Shown in pieces: positions 47,092 through 61,234 of a DNA stretch of 64,000 bases. A program made the translations under genes and the position numbers. Numbering within the stretch: the stretch's first letter is position 1; every line of letters begins with the position of its first letter. The notes beneath the pieces are model-generated. The model was not told the DNA's origin and did no database searches. It saw only the letters and a program-made list of their open reading frames with translations. This stretch comes from Thermoanaerobaculia bacterium (GTDB lineage Bacteria > Acidobacteriota > Thermoanaerobaculia > Multivoradales > JAGPDF01). The stretch spans positions 657,037 through 721,036 of the forward strand of contig CAWDWZ010000006.1 of assembly GCA_963806165.1 (NCBI GenBank), given 5' to 3'.

Positions 47092-48863
47092 ACGGGACCG
47101 GCGCGCTCCTTGGCGTCGGTGTCGTGGTGACGCGCGACGAGCCGGCGCGCGGTGCGCTCGGCGAACGCCTGGCGCGCGCCGGTGCGCGCGTCCTCCACTG
47201 GCCGGCGATGACGATCGAGCCGCCCGTCGATCCGAGGCCGCTCGCGCGCGCCCTCGAAGAGCTCGAGAGCTTCGACTGGCTCCTGCTCGCGAGCCCCCAC
47301 GCCGTCGAAGCCGTGGCCCGCTTCCGCGCCGCGCTCCCCTCCCGCCTGCGCGTCGCCGCGGTCGGCGCCGCGACCGCCGCTGCCGCCGAGGAGCGCGGCT
47401 GGCGAGTCGACCGCGTACCGCGCGCCTTCAACGCCGCTGAGTTGGTGGGTAGCTTCGCCGCCGCCGGAGACGCTCCGGGAGTACGCCTGCTCTACCCGGC
47501 CAGCGATCGCGCCGAGGAAACACTGGAGAACGGCCTCGGCGAGCTCGGCGCGTGGGTGCTGCGCGTGGAGGCCTACCGCACGACCAACGCGCCCCTCGAC
47601 CGCGAGCGCTGCCTGGCGGCGGTCGAGCGCGGTGAGGTCGACGTCGTCACGTTCGCCTCGGCGTCGGCGGTGGACGGCCTCGCCGCGGCATTCGGAGAGC
47701 CGGCTTTCACGCGCCTGCTCGACCGCGTCGCCGCCGCCGTCATCGGCCCCACCACCGCCGGCGCGCTCCTGCGCCGGGGCCGTACCCCCGACGCCGTCGC
47801 CGAGCCCAGCACCCTCGACGGCCTGGTCGAGGCCGTAGCTTCCGCCCGCAGCCGATACTCCGAAAGGACGCTCCCCATGTCGTTCCCCCGTCAACGCCCC
47901 CGCCGGCTGCGCGCCAACGCCGCCTGGCGTGCCATGGTCGCCGAGACTGCGCTCTCCGCCCGCGACTTCGTCTATCCGCTCTTCGTAGTCGGCGGCGAGC
48001 GGGTCGTAAATCCGATCGCCAGCATGCCCGGCGCCGCGCAGCTGTCGATCGACCGATTGGTCGAAGAGTCGCGTCGCGCCCACGCCCTCGGCGTGCCGGC
48101 GGTGATCCTGTTCGGTATCCCCGACCACAAGGACCCCACGGGGAGCTCGGGCTACGACTCCGATGGCATCGTGCCGCGCGCCATCCGCGCCCTGAAGCAG
48201 GAGCTCCCGACCCTCCTCGTCTGGGCCGACGTCTGCCTGTGCGAGTACACCAGCCACGGCCACTGCGGCCTCCTCGCCGCGAGCGGCGAGGTCGACAACG
48301 ACGCGACGCTGCCGCTGCTCGCTCGCGCTGCGCTCGCCTACGCCCGCGCCGGCGCCGACGCGGTGGCGCCCTCCGACATGATGGACGGCCGGGTGGCGGC
48401 GATCCGGGCCGCGCTCGACAGCGGCGGCTTCTCCGGTTTGCCGATCGTCGCCTATGCCGCGAAGTACGCCTCGGGCTTCTACGGCCCGTTCCGCGATGCC
48501 GCGCAGTCGGCGCCGGCGTTCGGCGACCGGCGCGGCTACCAGATGGATCCGCCCAACGCCGACGAGGCGCTGCGCGAGGTCGCGCTCGACATCGAAGAGG
48601 GCGCCGACATCGTCATGGTGAAGCCGGCGGGACCCTATCTCGACATCGTGCGGCGGGTGAAAGAGACCTTCCACATGCCGACTGCGGCCTACCAGGTTTC
48701 GGGGGAGTACAGCATGATCAAGGCGGCCGCCGAGCGCGGCTGGATCGACGAACGGCGCGTCGCGCTCGAAAGCCTGCTCGGCATCAAGCGCGCCGGCGCC
48801 GACATCATCCTGACCTACTATGCCCCGCAAGCGGCGAGCTGGCTCGCCGAGGAGAGCAAGTGA
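47088..48863 (+). CDS. hemD-hemB: Apparent in-frame fusion of uroporphyrinogen-III synthase (N-terminal, about 250 aa) with porphobilinogen synthase (C-terminal).
   Basis: The N-terminal HemD fold is [38 protein letters not shown]...[13 protein letters not shown].... From M at 47877 onward the sequence is canonical HemB: [38 protein letters not shown] with active-site lysines in ...PSDMMDGRV... and ...VKPAGPYLD.... HemB keeps its own RBS (AAAGGA) before the internal ATG. There is no stop between the two domains. Confidence 0.8.
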   Translation: MNGTGALLGVGVVVTRDEPARGALGERLARAGARVLHWPAMTIEPPVDPRPLARALEELESFDWLLLASPHAVEAVARFRAALPSRLRVAAVGAATAAAAEERGWRVDRVPRAFNAAELVGSFAAAGDAPGVRLLYPASDRAEETLENGLGELGAWVLRVEAYRTTNAPLDRERCLAAVERGEVDVVTFASASAVDGLAAAFGEPAFTRLLDRVAAAVIGPTTAGALLRRGRTPDAVAEPSTLDGLVEAVASARSRYSERTLPMSFPRQRPRRLRANAAWRAMVAETALSARDFVYPLFVVGGERVVNPIASMPGAAQLSIDRLVEESRRAHALGVPAVILFGIPDHKDPTGSSGYDSDGIVPRAIRALKQELPTLLVWADVCLCEYTSHGHCGLLAASGEVDNDATLPLLARAALAYARAGADAVAPSDMMDGRVAAIRAALDSGGFSGLPIVAYAAKYASGFYGPFRDAAQSAPAFGDRRGYQMDPPNADEALREVALDIEEGADIVMVKPAGPYLDIVRRVKETFHMPTAAYQVSGEYSMIKAAAERGWIDERRVALESLLGIKRAGADIILTYYAPQAASWLAEESK

Positions 48864-48887
48864 CTGCGAGCTGGCTCGCCGAGGAGA
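48834..48887 (+). repeat. 22-nt perfect direct repeat (GCGAGCTGGCTCGCCGAGGAGA) with 32-nt period across the hemB 3' end and the hemB-hemE spacer.
   Basis: Copy 1 is at 48834-48855 and encodes the HemB C-terminus ASWLAEE. Copy 2 is at 48866-48887, just before the hemE ATG at 48892. Both copies are identical at all 22 positions. Confidence 0.7.
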
Positions 48888-48891
48888 AGGC

Positions 48892-49926
48892 ATGAGCTTG
48901 CCGCCCTTCCTCGCCGCTTGCCGGCGAGAGGCCGCCGCGCACACGCCGATCTGGATCATGCGCCAGGCCGGGCGCTATCTCCCCGAGTACCGGGCGCTGC
49001 GCGCCAAGCACGACTTCCTGACCCTGGTGCGCACGCCGGAGCTCGCGCTCGAGGTCACGCTGCAGCCGGTGCGCCGCTTCGCGCTCGACGCGGCCATTCT
49101 GTTCAGCGACATCCTCGCGCCGCTCGACGGGCTCGGCCTCGGGCTCGAGTTCCTCCCGGCGCCGGTCTTCAGCCAGCCGCTGCGCACACCCGCGGCGATC
49201 GACGCGCTGCAATTGCCGCCGCCCGAGGAGAACGCCGGCCACGTCTTTGCGGCGGTCCGCGCAGTGCGCGCGGCACTGCCACCGGAGACGCCGCTCATCG
49301 GCTTCGCCGGGGCGCCGTTCACGCTCTTCTGCTATCTCGTCGAGGGGCGGGGCTCCAAGGGCTTCTTCACGGCCAGGAGCTTCCTCTTCTCCGAGCCCGC
49401 GGCCGCCGACCGGTTGCTCGACAAGCTCGCCACCCAGACCATCCAGTATCTTCGCGGCCAGGCCGCTGCCGGTGCGCAGGCGCTGATGCTGTTCGACTCG
49501 TGGGCGGGGCTGCTCGGCCCCGAGACCTTCGCGCGCTACGCGCTGCCGCCGGTTCGCCGCGTGCTCACGGAGCTTGCGCCGCTCGCTCTGCCGCTGCTCT
49601 ACTTTCCCAACCAGGGGGCGACGCTCCTCGATCAATTGCGCGGCCTGCCGCTGGACGTCGCCGGCATCGATTGGCGGCTGCCGCTCGCGCGCGCCCGCGC
49701 CCTTCTCGGGCCCGAGATCGCGGTGCAGGGAAACCTCGATCCCGCCGCGCTCCTGGCTCCGCCGGCGGAGCTGCTCCGCCTCGCCGACCGGGTGCTCGCG
49801 GAGGCCGGACCGGCGCCGGGACATATCTTCAATCTCGGCCACGGCGTCGAGCCGGTGACCGATCCCGACCAGATCGCGCGGCTCGTCGACCATGTCCACG
49901 CGCGCACCGCAGGAGGACCGAAATGA
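48892..49926 (+). CDS. hemE: Uroporphyrinogen decarboxylase.
   Basis: PIWIMRQAGRYLPEYRALRAKHDFLTLVRTPELALEVTLQPVRRF is the canonical HemE N-terminus. Confidence 0.9.
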   Translation: MSLPPFLAACRREAAAHTPIWIMRQAGRYLPEYRALRAKHDFLTLVRTPELALEVTLQPVRRFALDAAILFSDILAPLDGLGLGLEFLPAPVFSQPLRTPAAIDALQLPPPEENAGHVFAAVRAVRAALPPETPLIGFAGAPFTLFCYLVEGRGSKGFFTARSFLFSEPAAADRLLDKLATQTIQYLRGQAAAGAQALMLFDSWAGLLGPETFARYALPPVRRVLTELAPLALPLLYFPNQGATLLDQLRGLPLDVAGIDWRLPLARARALLGPEIAVQGNLDPAALLAPPAELLRLADRVLAEAGPAPGHIFNLGHGVEPVTDPDQIARLVDHVHARTAGGPK

Positions 49927-51320
49927 GCATGCGCCTCGCGCTTCCCGACCCGCAGGTGGTCGCGCGGATGGACCGCCCCGGCCCGCGTTACACCTCCTAT
50001 CCGACCGCGGTCGAGTTCCACGCCGGCGTCGGCGAGAACGAGTACCGCGAGCGCCTGCGGCTCGCGGACCGCGACCACGCCGGCGAGCCGCTCAGCCTCT
50101 ACGTTCACATCCCGTTCTGCGCCAAGCACTGCAGCTATTGCGGCTGCCATGTCATCGCGACCTCGCGGCGCGACGTCGCGGCGCGCTATCTCGACTACCT
50201 CGGGCGCGAGCTCGAGCTCGTCGCAGCCTGCCTGCCGGAACGCCGCCGGCTGATCCAGATGCACTGGGGGGGCGGGACGCCGACCTACCTCGAGCCGGCG
50301 CAGCTCGAGGAGCTCTGCGCTCTCGTCACGCGTCATTTCGAGCTCCTTCCCGACTCCGAACGCGCCATCGAAGTCGATCCAAGGGTCACCGACGCTGCGC
50401 ACCTTACGGCCCTCGCTGGACTCGGCTTCAACCGCTTGAGCTTCGGCGTGCAGGACTTCACGCCCGCGGTGCAGGAGGCGATCGAGCGTGGCCAGACTTT
50501 CGCGCAGACGAAGACGCTCATGGAGACCGCGCGCCATCTCGGCTTCGCCGACGGCATCAACTTCGACCTGGTCTACGGCCTGCCGCTGCAGACGGAGGAG
50601 AGCTTTCGACGGAGCCTCGACCAGGTGATCGAGCTCCGCCCCGACCGCCTGGCGATCTACTCCTTCGCCTTCGTGCCCTGGATCCGGCCCAACCAGAAGC
50701 GGATCGACGAGGGCGCCCTGCCGCTCGGTGACGTGAAAATGGCGCTCTACTTCGCGGCGCTCGAGAAGCTCCTCGACGCCGGCTACGAGCCGATCGGCAT
50801 GGACCACTTCGCACTGCCCGGCGACGAGCTGGCGCGCGCGGCGCGCGCCGGCCGGCTGGATCGCAACTTCATGGGCTACACCGTGAAGCCCTCGAACGCC
50901 ATGATCGCCTTCGGGGTCTCGGGGATAGGCGAGGTCGAAGGCGGTTTCTTCGCCAACGAGAAGAAGCTGTCGCGATACTACGCCGCGCTCGACGCCGGCC
51001 GGCTGCCGATCGAGCGCGGCTACCTGCTCGACGCCGACGACCGCATCCGGCAGTACGTCATCCGCCAGCTGATGTGCAATTTCCGGGTCACGAAGGCCGA
51101 CGTCGCGGCGCGCTTCGGGATCGACTTCGACGCCTACTTCGCGAGCGCGCTCGACGAGCTCGCGGAGGTACGGGCCGAAGGATTCGTCGAAGTCGGCGCG
51201 GAGGCGCTCACGGTGGCCCCGGCGGGGCGCCTCTTCGTGCGCAACGTCTGCATGGCGTTCGATCGCTACCTCGCGGCCAAGCGCGAGGCGAGTCGGCCGG
51301 TCTTCTCGCGCACGGTCTAA
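49923..51320 (+). CDS. hemN: Oxygen-independent coproporphyrinogen-III oxidase (radical SAM).
   Basis: The radical-SAM motif is CAKHCSYCGC. The YxxP region is RYTSYPTAVEF. The C-terminal HemN domain is present. ATG overlaps the hemE stop. Confidence 0.9.
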   Translation: MSMRLALPDPQVVARMDRPGPRYTSYPTAVEFHAGVGENEYRERLRLADRDHAGEPLSLYVHIPFCAKHCSYCGCHVIATSRRDVAARYLDYLGRELELVAACLPERRRLIQMHWGGGTPTYLEPAQLEELCALVTRHFELLPDSERAIEVDPRVTDAAHLTALAGLGFNRLSFGVQDFTPAVQEAIERGQTFAQTKTLMETARHLGFADGINFDLVYGLPLQTEESFRRSLDQVIELRPDRLAIYSFAFVPWIRPNQKRIDEGALPLGDVKMALYFAALEKLLDAGYEPIGMDHFALPGDELARAARAGRLDRNFMGYTVKPSNAMIAFGVSGIGEVEGGFFANEKKLSRYYAALDAGRLPIERGYLLDADDRIRQYVIRQLMCNFRVTKADVAARFGIDFDAYFASALDELAEVRAEGFVEVGAEALTVAPAGRLFVRNVCMAFDRYLAAKREASRPVFSRTV

Positions 51321-51336
51321 AGCCGGCGCACGCGGG

Positions 51337-52818
51337 GTGGCCAAGATGAAGCGCATCGCCGTCGTCGGCGGGGGAATCGCCGGGCTCGCCACGGCCTACG
51401 AGCTCATTCAGCGGGCTCCGCGCGTACCGGGCGGCCTGGAGGTTCGCCTCGTGGAAGCCGCGCCGCGCTTCGGCGGGAACCTGCAGAGCGCGCACGACGG
51501 CGGCTACTGCGTCGAATGGGGACCGAACGGCTTTCTCGACAACGTTCCCGCGACCCTCGACCTCGTCCGCCGGCTCGGACTCGAGGGTGAGCTCCTCTCT
51601 TCGGATGCCGCAGCCGCGCGCCGGTTTCTCTTCCGCCACGGCCGGCTCCACCTTCTGCCGTCAGGTCCGGGGAGCTTCCTCTCCTGCCCGGTGTTGAGCG
51701 TTCGCGGCCGCCTGCGCGTGCTCGGCGAACCGTTCGCGGCGCGACCGCCCGGCGGCGACGAGACGGTTTACGATTTCGCGCGCCGGCGGATCGGAGCGGA
51801 GGCCGCGCACGTGCTGGTGGGCGCGATGGTCTCCGGTGTCTTCGCCGGCGACGCTCGCCAACTTTCGCTCGCCAGCTGCTTCCCGAAGATGGCCGAGATG
51901 GAGGCCGAGTACGGCGGGCTGGTGAAGGCGATGCTCGCCCAGCAGCGGGCGCGCGGCGCCGCTAAACGGAAGCTCGCTGAGCTCCGGGCGCGCGGCGAGG
52001 ACGCGCCCGAGCTCGAGCGCCCGGGCGGTCCGGCCGGGCCTTCGGGCCGGCTGACCTCGTTCCGGCGTGGCGTCGAGACATTCACCGCCGCGCTCGCCGC
52101 GCGACTTGGCGGCGCGGCCGAGAGCAGCCGCCCGGCGCGGCGCCTCTGCCGGGAGGGCGGCTCGTGGCGACTCGAGCTCGCGACCGGCGAAGCGCTCAGC
52201 GCCGACGAGGTCGTGCTCGCTCTGCCGGCGGCGCAGGCCGCCCCGCTCCTCGCGCCGCTCGATGAAGAGCTGGCGGCGACCGTGCGCGCCATTCCCGCAG
52301 CGGCCCTCGCCGTCGTCGCGCTCGCCTACGACGCGGCGGCGATCGGTGGCGCGCCAGACGGCTTCGGCTTTCTGGTGCCGCGCGGCGAGGGACCGCGCAT
52401 CCTCGGAGTGCTCTGGGACTCGAGCATCTTTCCGGGCGAACGCGCGCCGGCCGGCAAGGTCCTCCTGCGGGTGATGGTCGGCGGGGCTCTCGACGCCGAC
52501 GCGGCCGGCCTGCCGGAGGACGAGCTCCTGCGCCTCGTGCTCGCCGACCTCGCGCGCACGATGGGGCTCACCGCCCAGCCTGACCGCCATTGGCTCTTCC
52601 GCCACCGCCTCGGCATCAGCCAGTACACGGTCGGGCATGCGGCCCGCCTGGCGCGCATCGCGGAACGCCTGCGTCTTTTCCCAGGGCTCCAGGTCGCTGG
52701 TCAGTCTTACTTCGGCGTCAGCATGAACAGCTGCTGCGAGCGGGCCGCGAGCTTCGCCGAGGAGAGAATCGCCGCGCTGCAGTCGGCGCGCGTTCCCAGC
52801 GGTCCCTGCGGTCCCTGA
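51337..52818 (+). CDS. hemY: Protoporphyrinogen/coproporphyrinogen oxidase (HemY/PPOX family, FAD amine oxidase fold).
   Basis: RIAVVGGGIAGLATAYEL is the GxGxxG FAD motif. The protein is 493 aa and sits at the end of the heme operon. Confidence 0.8.
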   Translation: MAKMKRIAVVGGGIAGLATAYELIQRAPRVPGGLEVRLVEAAPRFGGNLQSAHDGGYCVEWGPNGFLDNVPATLDLVRRLGLEGELLSSDAAAARRFLFRHGRLHLLPSGPGSFLSCPVLSVRGRLRVLGEPFAARPPGGDETVYDFARRRIGAEAAHVLVGAMVSGVFAGDARQLSLASCFPKMAEMEAEYGGLVKAMLAQQRARGAAKRKLAELRARGEDAPELERPGGPAGPSGRLTSFRRGVETFTAALAARLGGAAESSRPARRLCREGGSWRLELATGEALSADEVVLALPAAQAAPLLAPLDEELAATVRAIPAAALAVVALAYDAAAIGGAPDGFGFLVPRGEGPRILGVLWDSSIFPGERAPAGKVLLRVMVGGALDADAAGLPEDELLRLVLADLARTMGLTAQPDRHWLFRHRLGISQYTVGHAARLARIAERLRLFPGLQVAGQSYFGVSMNSCCERAASFAEERIAALQSARVPSGPCGP

Positions 52819-52921
52819 TTGACGACGGAGATCGTCCACTCGCGATGACGCACGCCGGTCACCTTCGCGGTCGTTTCGTGCGCGCGCCTCTGGCACAGCT
52901 GTTGCGTCCAGCCGAGGCACC

Positions 52922-53488
52922 GTGCGCAAATCGTCGCCCGCAGACGTTCACAAGTTCTTCATAACCGCATCGGTTCGCCCTCTCCGCTGGACTGCGCCAA
53001 TCCTGTTGGCGCTCGCGTTCTTCGTTCCGTCCTGGTCGGCGGCGGCTCGCGACGCGGTCTCCGCGCCGGCGACGGCGCCTGCGGCCGACTTCACCCTGCC
53101 GACCGCAGGCGGCGAAGTGGCGTTGCGCACCTTGCGCGGCAAGGTCGTCCTGGTCGATTTCTGGGCCTCGTGGTGTGCGCCCTGCCGACAGTCGTTCCCC
53201 TGGCTGAACACGATCGCCGCCCGTTACGCGGCGAGCGATTTCGTGGTCGTCGCGATCGATCTCGACAAGAGCCGCGAGCCGGCCGAGAAGTTTCTGCGCG
53301 AGTTCGCTCCGGGCTTCACCGTCGCATTCGATCCCGCGGGCCGCTCGGCTGAGGCCTATGAAGTTGCCGCCATGCCGTCGAGCTTTCTCGTCGGGCGCGA
53401 TGGACAGCTGCTCTTCGCGCACGCCGGCTTCGACCCGCGCGACGCGTCGGCGATCGAAAGCAGGATCCAGGAGGCGATCGCGAGATGA
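52922..53488 (+). CDS. TlpA-like periplasmic thiol:disulfide oxidoreductase (thioredoxin fold).
   Basis: Signal/anchor ILLALAFFVPSWSAAA. The CxxC is LVDFWASWCAPCRQSFPW. GTG start. Confidence 0.8.
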   Translation: MRKSSPADVHKFFITASVRPLRWTAPILLALAFFVPSWSAAARDAVSAPATAPAADFTLPTAGGEVALRTLRGKVVLVDFWASWCAPCRQSFPWLNTIAARYAASDFVVVAIDLDKSREPAEKFLREFAPGFTVAFDPAGRSAEAYEVAAMPSSFLVGRDGQLLFAHAGFDPRDASAIESRIQEAIAR

Positions 53489-53506
53489 ACAGGAGATGAA
53501 CGGAAG

Positions 53507-53737
53507 ATGAAGATCTCCGCGAAAAATCTGCTGCGCTTGGGGCTCGCGATCGCCTTGCCCGGCCTCCTCGCCGGCTGTGCGACCGTCCATCCATGGGACC
53601 GCGATCTCCTGGCGGAGAAAGGGATGCAGCTCAACCCCACTCCGATGCTGCGTGCCATCGACGATCATGTCTACTTCAGCAAAGAGGCCTCGATGGGCGG
53701 ACAGGACGCCGGCGGCGGAGGCTGCGGGTGCAACTAG
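53507..53737 (+). CDS. DUF4266-family small lipoprotein.
   Basis: 76 aa. Lipobox LLAGC. The family-typical end is ...SKEASMGGQDAGGGGCGCN. Confidence 0.75.
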   Translation: MKISAKNLLRLGLAIALPGLLAGCATVHPWDRDLLAEKGMQLNPTPMLRAIDDHVYFSKEASMGGQDAGGGGCGCN

Positions 53738-53787
53738 AGCCGCTGCCATCCGTCCCGCCGGTCGCTGCCGTCGCTTGCAATATTGCG

Positions 53788-55014
53788 CTGCGTGAGCGGC
53801 TGAGCCGGGCGGCGCTCGCCCTCCTCCTGGTGCCCGCGGCGGCGGCGGCCGCGGACAGCCCGGCGACGACTCAGCTCGACATCACGACGCTGCTCTACGG
53901 CGAACAGGGTCGAGCCCAGGTCTGCGAGCCGGTCGTTCGCGCCACGCGCCTCTTCGCCGGCGGCCGGTCGCTCTCCGGGCAGCTCACGGTCGACGTCATC
54001 ACCGGCGCCTCGCCGAGCGGCGCGCTGCCGTCGGGCACCGTTCAGACGACCACGACCCCGTCGGGGAACGTCAAGACCGTCGCCGCGGGCGAGATCCCGT
54101 TGACCAGCTTCACGGACCGCCGGGTGGGGCTGGACGGGGAGTGGAAAATGCCGTTCGGGAAGCTCGTCACCTCGACGTTCGGCCTGCATGCGTCGCGCGA
54201 GAAGGACTACGAATCGCTGGGCGCTACCGGCAAGCTCTCGCTGGATCTCATGCAGCGGCTGTTCACCGTCACCGTGGGCGGCGGCGTCAACGACGACAGC
54301 GTCTTCCCGATCGGCGGCACGCCCGCCGGACTCTCCGACGGGACGGTCACTTTCGCTGGCAAGAACTCCAAGCGCTCGACGAGTCTCCTCCTGGGCGTTT
54401 CGCGGGTGCTCACGCGGCGCTGGGTCATGGCACTCGACGGCACCCGGACCGACGAGAGCGGCTATCTCACCGAGCCCTACAAGGTCCTCAGTCTGATGGA
54501 TCCCGAGAGCGGAATACCGCTCGGGCAATTGACGGACAAGCGGCCGTCGACCCGTTCGCGCTCGTCGCTCCTCGCGAGCTCGGTCTATCACCTCTCGCAG
54601 GACATCTTCTACACCTCCTACCGCTACTACTGGGACTCGTGGAAGATCCGCTCGAACACACTCGACCTGAAGTACCGCCACGACCTGGGCGACGACTGGT
54701 ACCTCGAGCCGCACCTGCGCTTCTACCAACAGACGGCGGCGAGCTTCTTCACCGCCGGCCTGGTCGATGGCGCACCGTTGCCCGCTTTCGCCACCAGCGA
54801 CTATCGTCTCGGCGACTTGACGACTCTGACGCTCGGCACGACTTTCGCCTTTCGCGTCGCGGACGCTCCATCCCTGTGGAGCGTGCGCGCCGAGTACATC
54901 CGGCAGGCCGGGGACAGCTCTCCGCCGAGCGCCATCGGCGTGCAGCGCGGTTTCAACTTGGCGCCCGCGATCAACACGGTCACGCTGGTGGTCGGGTACT
55001 CGCTGCCGTTCTGA
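53788..55014 (+). CDS. DUF3570-family outer-membrane protein (predicted beta-barrel). The start codon is unresolved; I give the first in-frame CTG before the signal peptide.
   Basis: The ORF 53593..55014 has the signal peptide RERLSRAALALLLVPAAAAAADS. The body alternates Y, T, S and G residues (YTSYRYYWDSWKIRSNTLDLKYRHDLGDDWYLEPHLRFYQQ...) and ends in an aromatic, as outer-membrane barrels do. No canonical ATG, GTG or TTG lies in frame just upstream of the signal peptide. Confidence 0.65.
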   Translation: MRERLSRAALALLLVPAAAAAADSPATTQLDITTLLYGEQGRAQVCEPVVRATRLFAGGRSLSGQLTVDVITGASPSGALPSGTVQTTTTPSGNVKTVAAGEIPLTSFTDRRVGLDGEWKMPFGKLVTSTFGLHASREKDYESLGATGKLSLDLMQRLFTVTVGGGVNDDSVFPIGGTPAGLSDGTVTFAGKNSKRSTSLLLGVSRVLTRRWVMALDGTRTDESGYLTEPYKVLSLMDPESGIPLGQLTDKRPSTRSRSSLLASSVYHLSQDIFYTSYRYYWDSWKIRSNTLDLKYRHDLGDDWYLEPHLRFYQQTAASFFTAGLVDGAPLPAFATSDYRLGDLTTLTLGTTFAFRVADAPSLWSVRAEYIRQAGDSSPPSAIGVQRGFNLAPAINTVTLVVGYSLPF

Positions 55015-55117
55015 GGAGCGCACGCTGCCTCTCCGTGCCCAGCCCGCCGAACCGCCGACGAAGTCCGAGCCGACGATCGAACGCGTCGAGGACTACTTCG
55101 TCGGTCGGTTCTCCGCC

Positions 55118-56002
55118 ATGGCGGGACCGTGCACGGTGCTCATCGACGGCAATGATCTGGCCGACCCAGCCGACCCGGCCGACCCCGCTGACCCCTCTGA
55201 CCCCTCTGGTTACCACGAGGCGGAAAGGCTGGTCGCGGTCGCGGCGCATGAGGCCTGGCGCATCGAGCGCAAGTTCAGTCGCTACCTTTCCGACAACCCG
55301 GTCCACGAGATCAACCACGCGGCCGGCCGGAGCGTCCAAGTCGACGACGAGACGGCGCTTCTGATCGATTACGCAGTTACGTGCTGGGAGATCTCCGGCG
55401 GGCTCTTCGACATCACCTCGGGCGTTCTGCGGCAGGTCTGGCGATTCGACGGCGGCGACAGGGTTCCGACCCGCGCTGCGGTCGAGGCTTGTCGCGCGCG
55501 GGTCGGCTGGGGGCGCGTCACCTGGCAGGACCGGACGCTCACGATGCCCGCGGGGATGGAGATCGACCTCGGCGGAATCGGCAAGGAGTACGCGGTGGAT
55601 CGCGCGGCCGGACTCGTCGCCGCGCGGACGAAGCACTCGTACCTGGTGAATTTCGGCGGCGATCTCTATGCCGGCGGCCTGCGGCGAGGCGGCCGCCCCT
55701 GGGCGGCCGGCATCGACGACCCGGCGCGCACGGGGCAGGCGGCCCTCTATCGACTCGAGATCGCCGGCGCGGGTCTCGCGACGAGCGGCGACGCCCGGCG
55801 GTTCGTGCGCTGGCGCGGCAAGCGCCTCGGTCATATCCTGAATCCCACGACCGGCTGGCCGGTCGTCGACGCGCCGCGCTCGGTGACGGTCGTCGCGCCC
55901 ACCTGCCTCGAGGCCGGAACGCTCTCGACGCTCGCCTATCTCCAGGGAGCGCGCGCCCGGAGCTTCCTCGAGCAGCAGCAGGTCCGGTTCTGGATTCTGT
56001 GA
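55118..56002 (+). CDS. apbE: FAD:protein FMN transferase (ApbE family).
   Basis: ...VLIDGNDLAD...(DPA)n...GYHEAERLVAVAAHEAWRIERKFSRY...GGIGKEYAVD...NFGGDLYAGG...ATSGDARR matches ApbE motifs throughout. The N-terminus carries a (DPA/DPS)x5 repeat. Confidence 0.8.
   Translation: MAGPCTVLIDGNDLADPADPADPADPSDPSGYHEAERLVAVAAHEAWRIERKFSRYLSDNPVHEINHAAGRSVQVDDETALLIDYAVTCWEISGGLFDITSGVLRQVWRFDGGDRVPTRAAVEACRARVGWGRVTWQDRTLTMPAGMEIDLGGIGKEYAVDRAAGLVAARTKHSYLVNFGGDLYAGGLRRGGRPWAAGIDDPARTGQAALYRLEIAGAGLATSGDARRFVRWRGKRLGHILNPTTGWPVVDAPRSVTVVAPTCLEAGTLSTLAYLQGARARSFLEQQQVRFWIL
55163..55207 (+). repeat. 5 x 9-nt tandem repeat (GACCCNGCC / GACCCCTCT) encoding (DPA)3(DPS)2 inside the apbE 5' region.
   Basis: gacccagcc, gacccggcc, gaccccgct, gacccctct and gacccctct are read directly. 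They are preceded by the related unit gatctggcc. The repeat is in frame. Confidence 0.7.
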
Positions 56003-56021
56003 GCTTGGCGGCGCTCTCCGG

Positions 56022-58541
<2,520 letters not shown>

Positions 58542-58584
58542 TCCGTCCTCATTGCTTCAAGACTCCATCGCCTCGTCGTCGTCA

Positions 58585-61064
<2,480 letters not shown>

Positions 61065-61234
61065 TCAAACCCTATCACACGGCGGCCCTGTCAAACAAGC
61101 AACAAAGTATTGAAAATAAAGCACTTAGAGAGCAAGAAGTGGCGTGCCGGCGGGCCCGGCCAAAGGGATCTCGCCGGACGCGGCGCGGCGCCCTAGAACG
61201 TGCACTCTCTGCGGCTGTTTTCGGGGGATGAGCT

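Noticed and set aside
48918-49922. An N-terminal extension that makes an 800-aa 'HemN' overlapping hemE.
   Set aside because: The extension is in a different frame from the well-conserved HemE and is low-complexity. HemN homology begins at the ATG at 49923, which overlaps the hemE stop.
61100-61140. AT-richer stretch (AAAGTATTGAAAATAAAGCACTT) between gyrB and dnaN that could be a DNA-unwinding element.
   Set aside because: On the minus strand it reads as a plausible gyrB promoter region, TTGACA ... TAGGGT-like. It is too short and too isolated to call a DUE.
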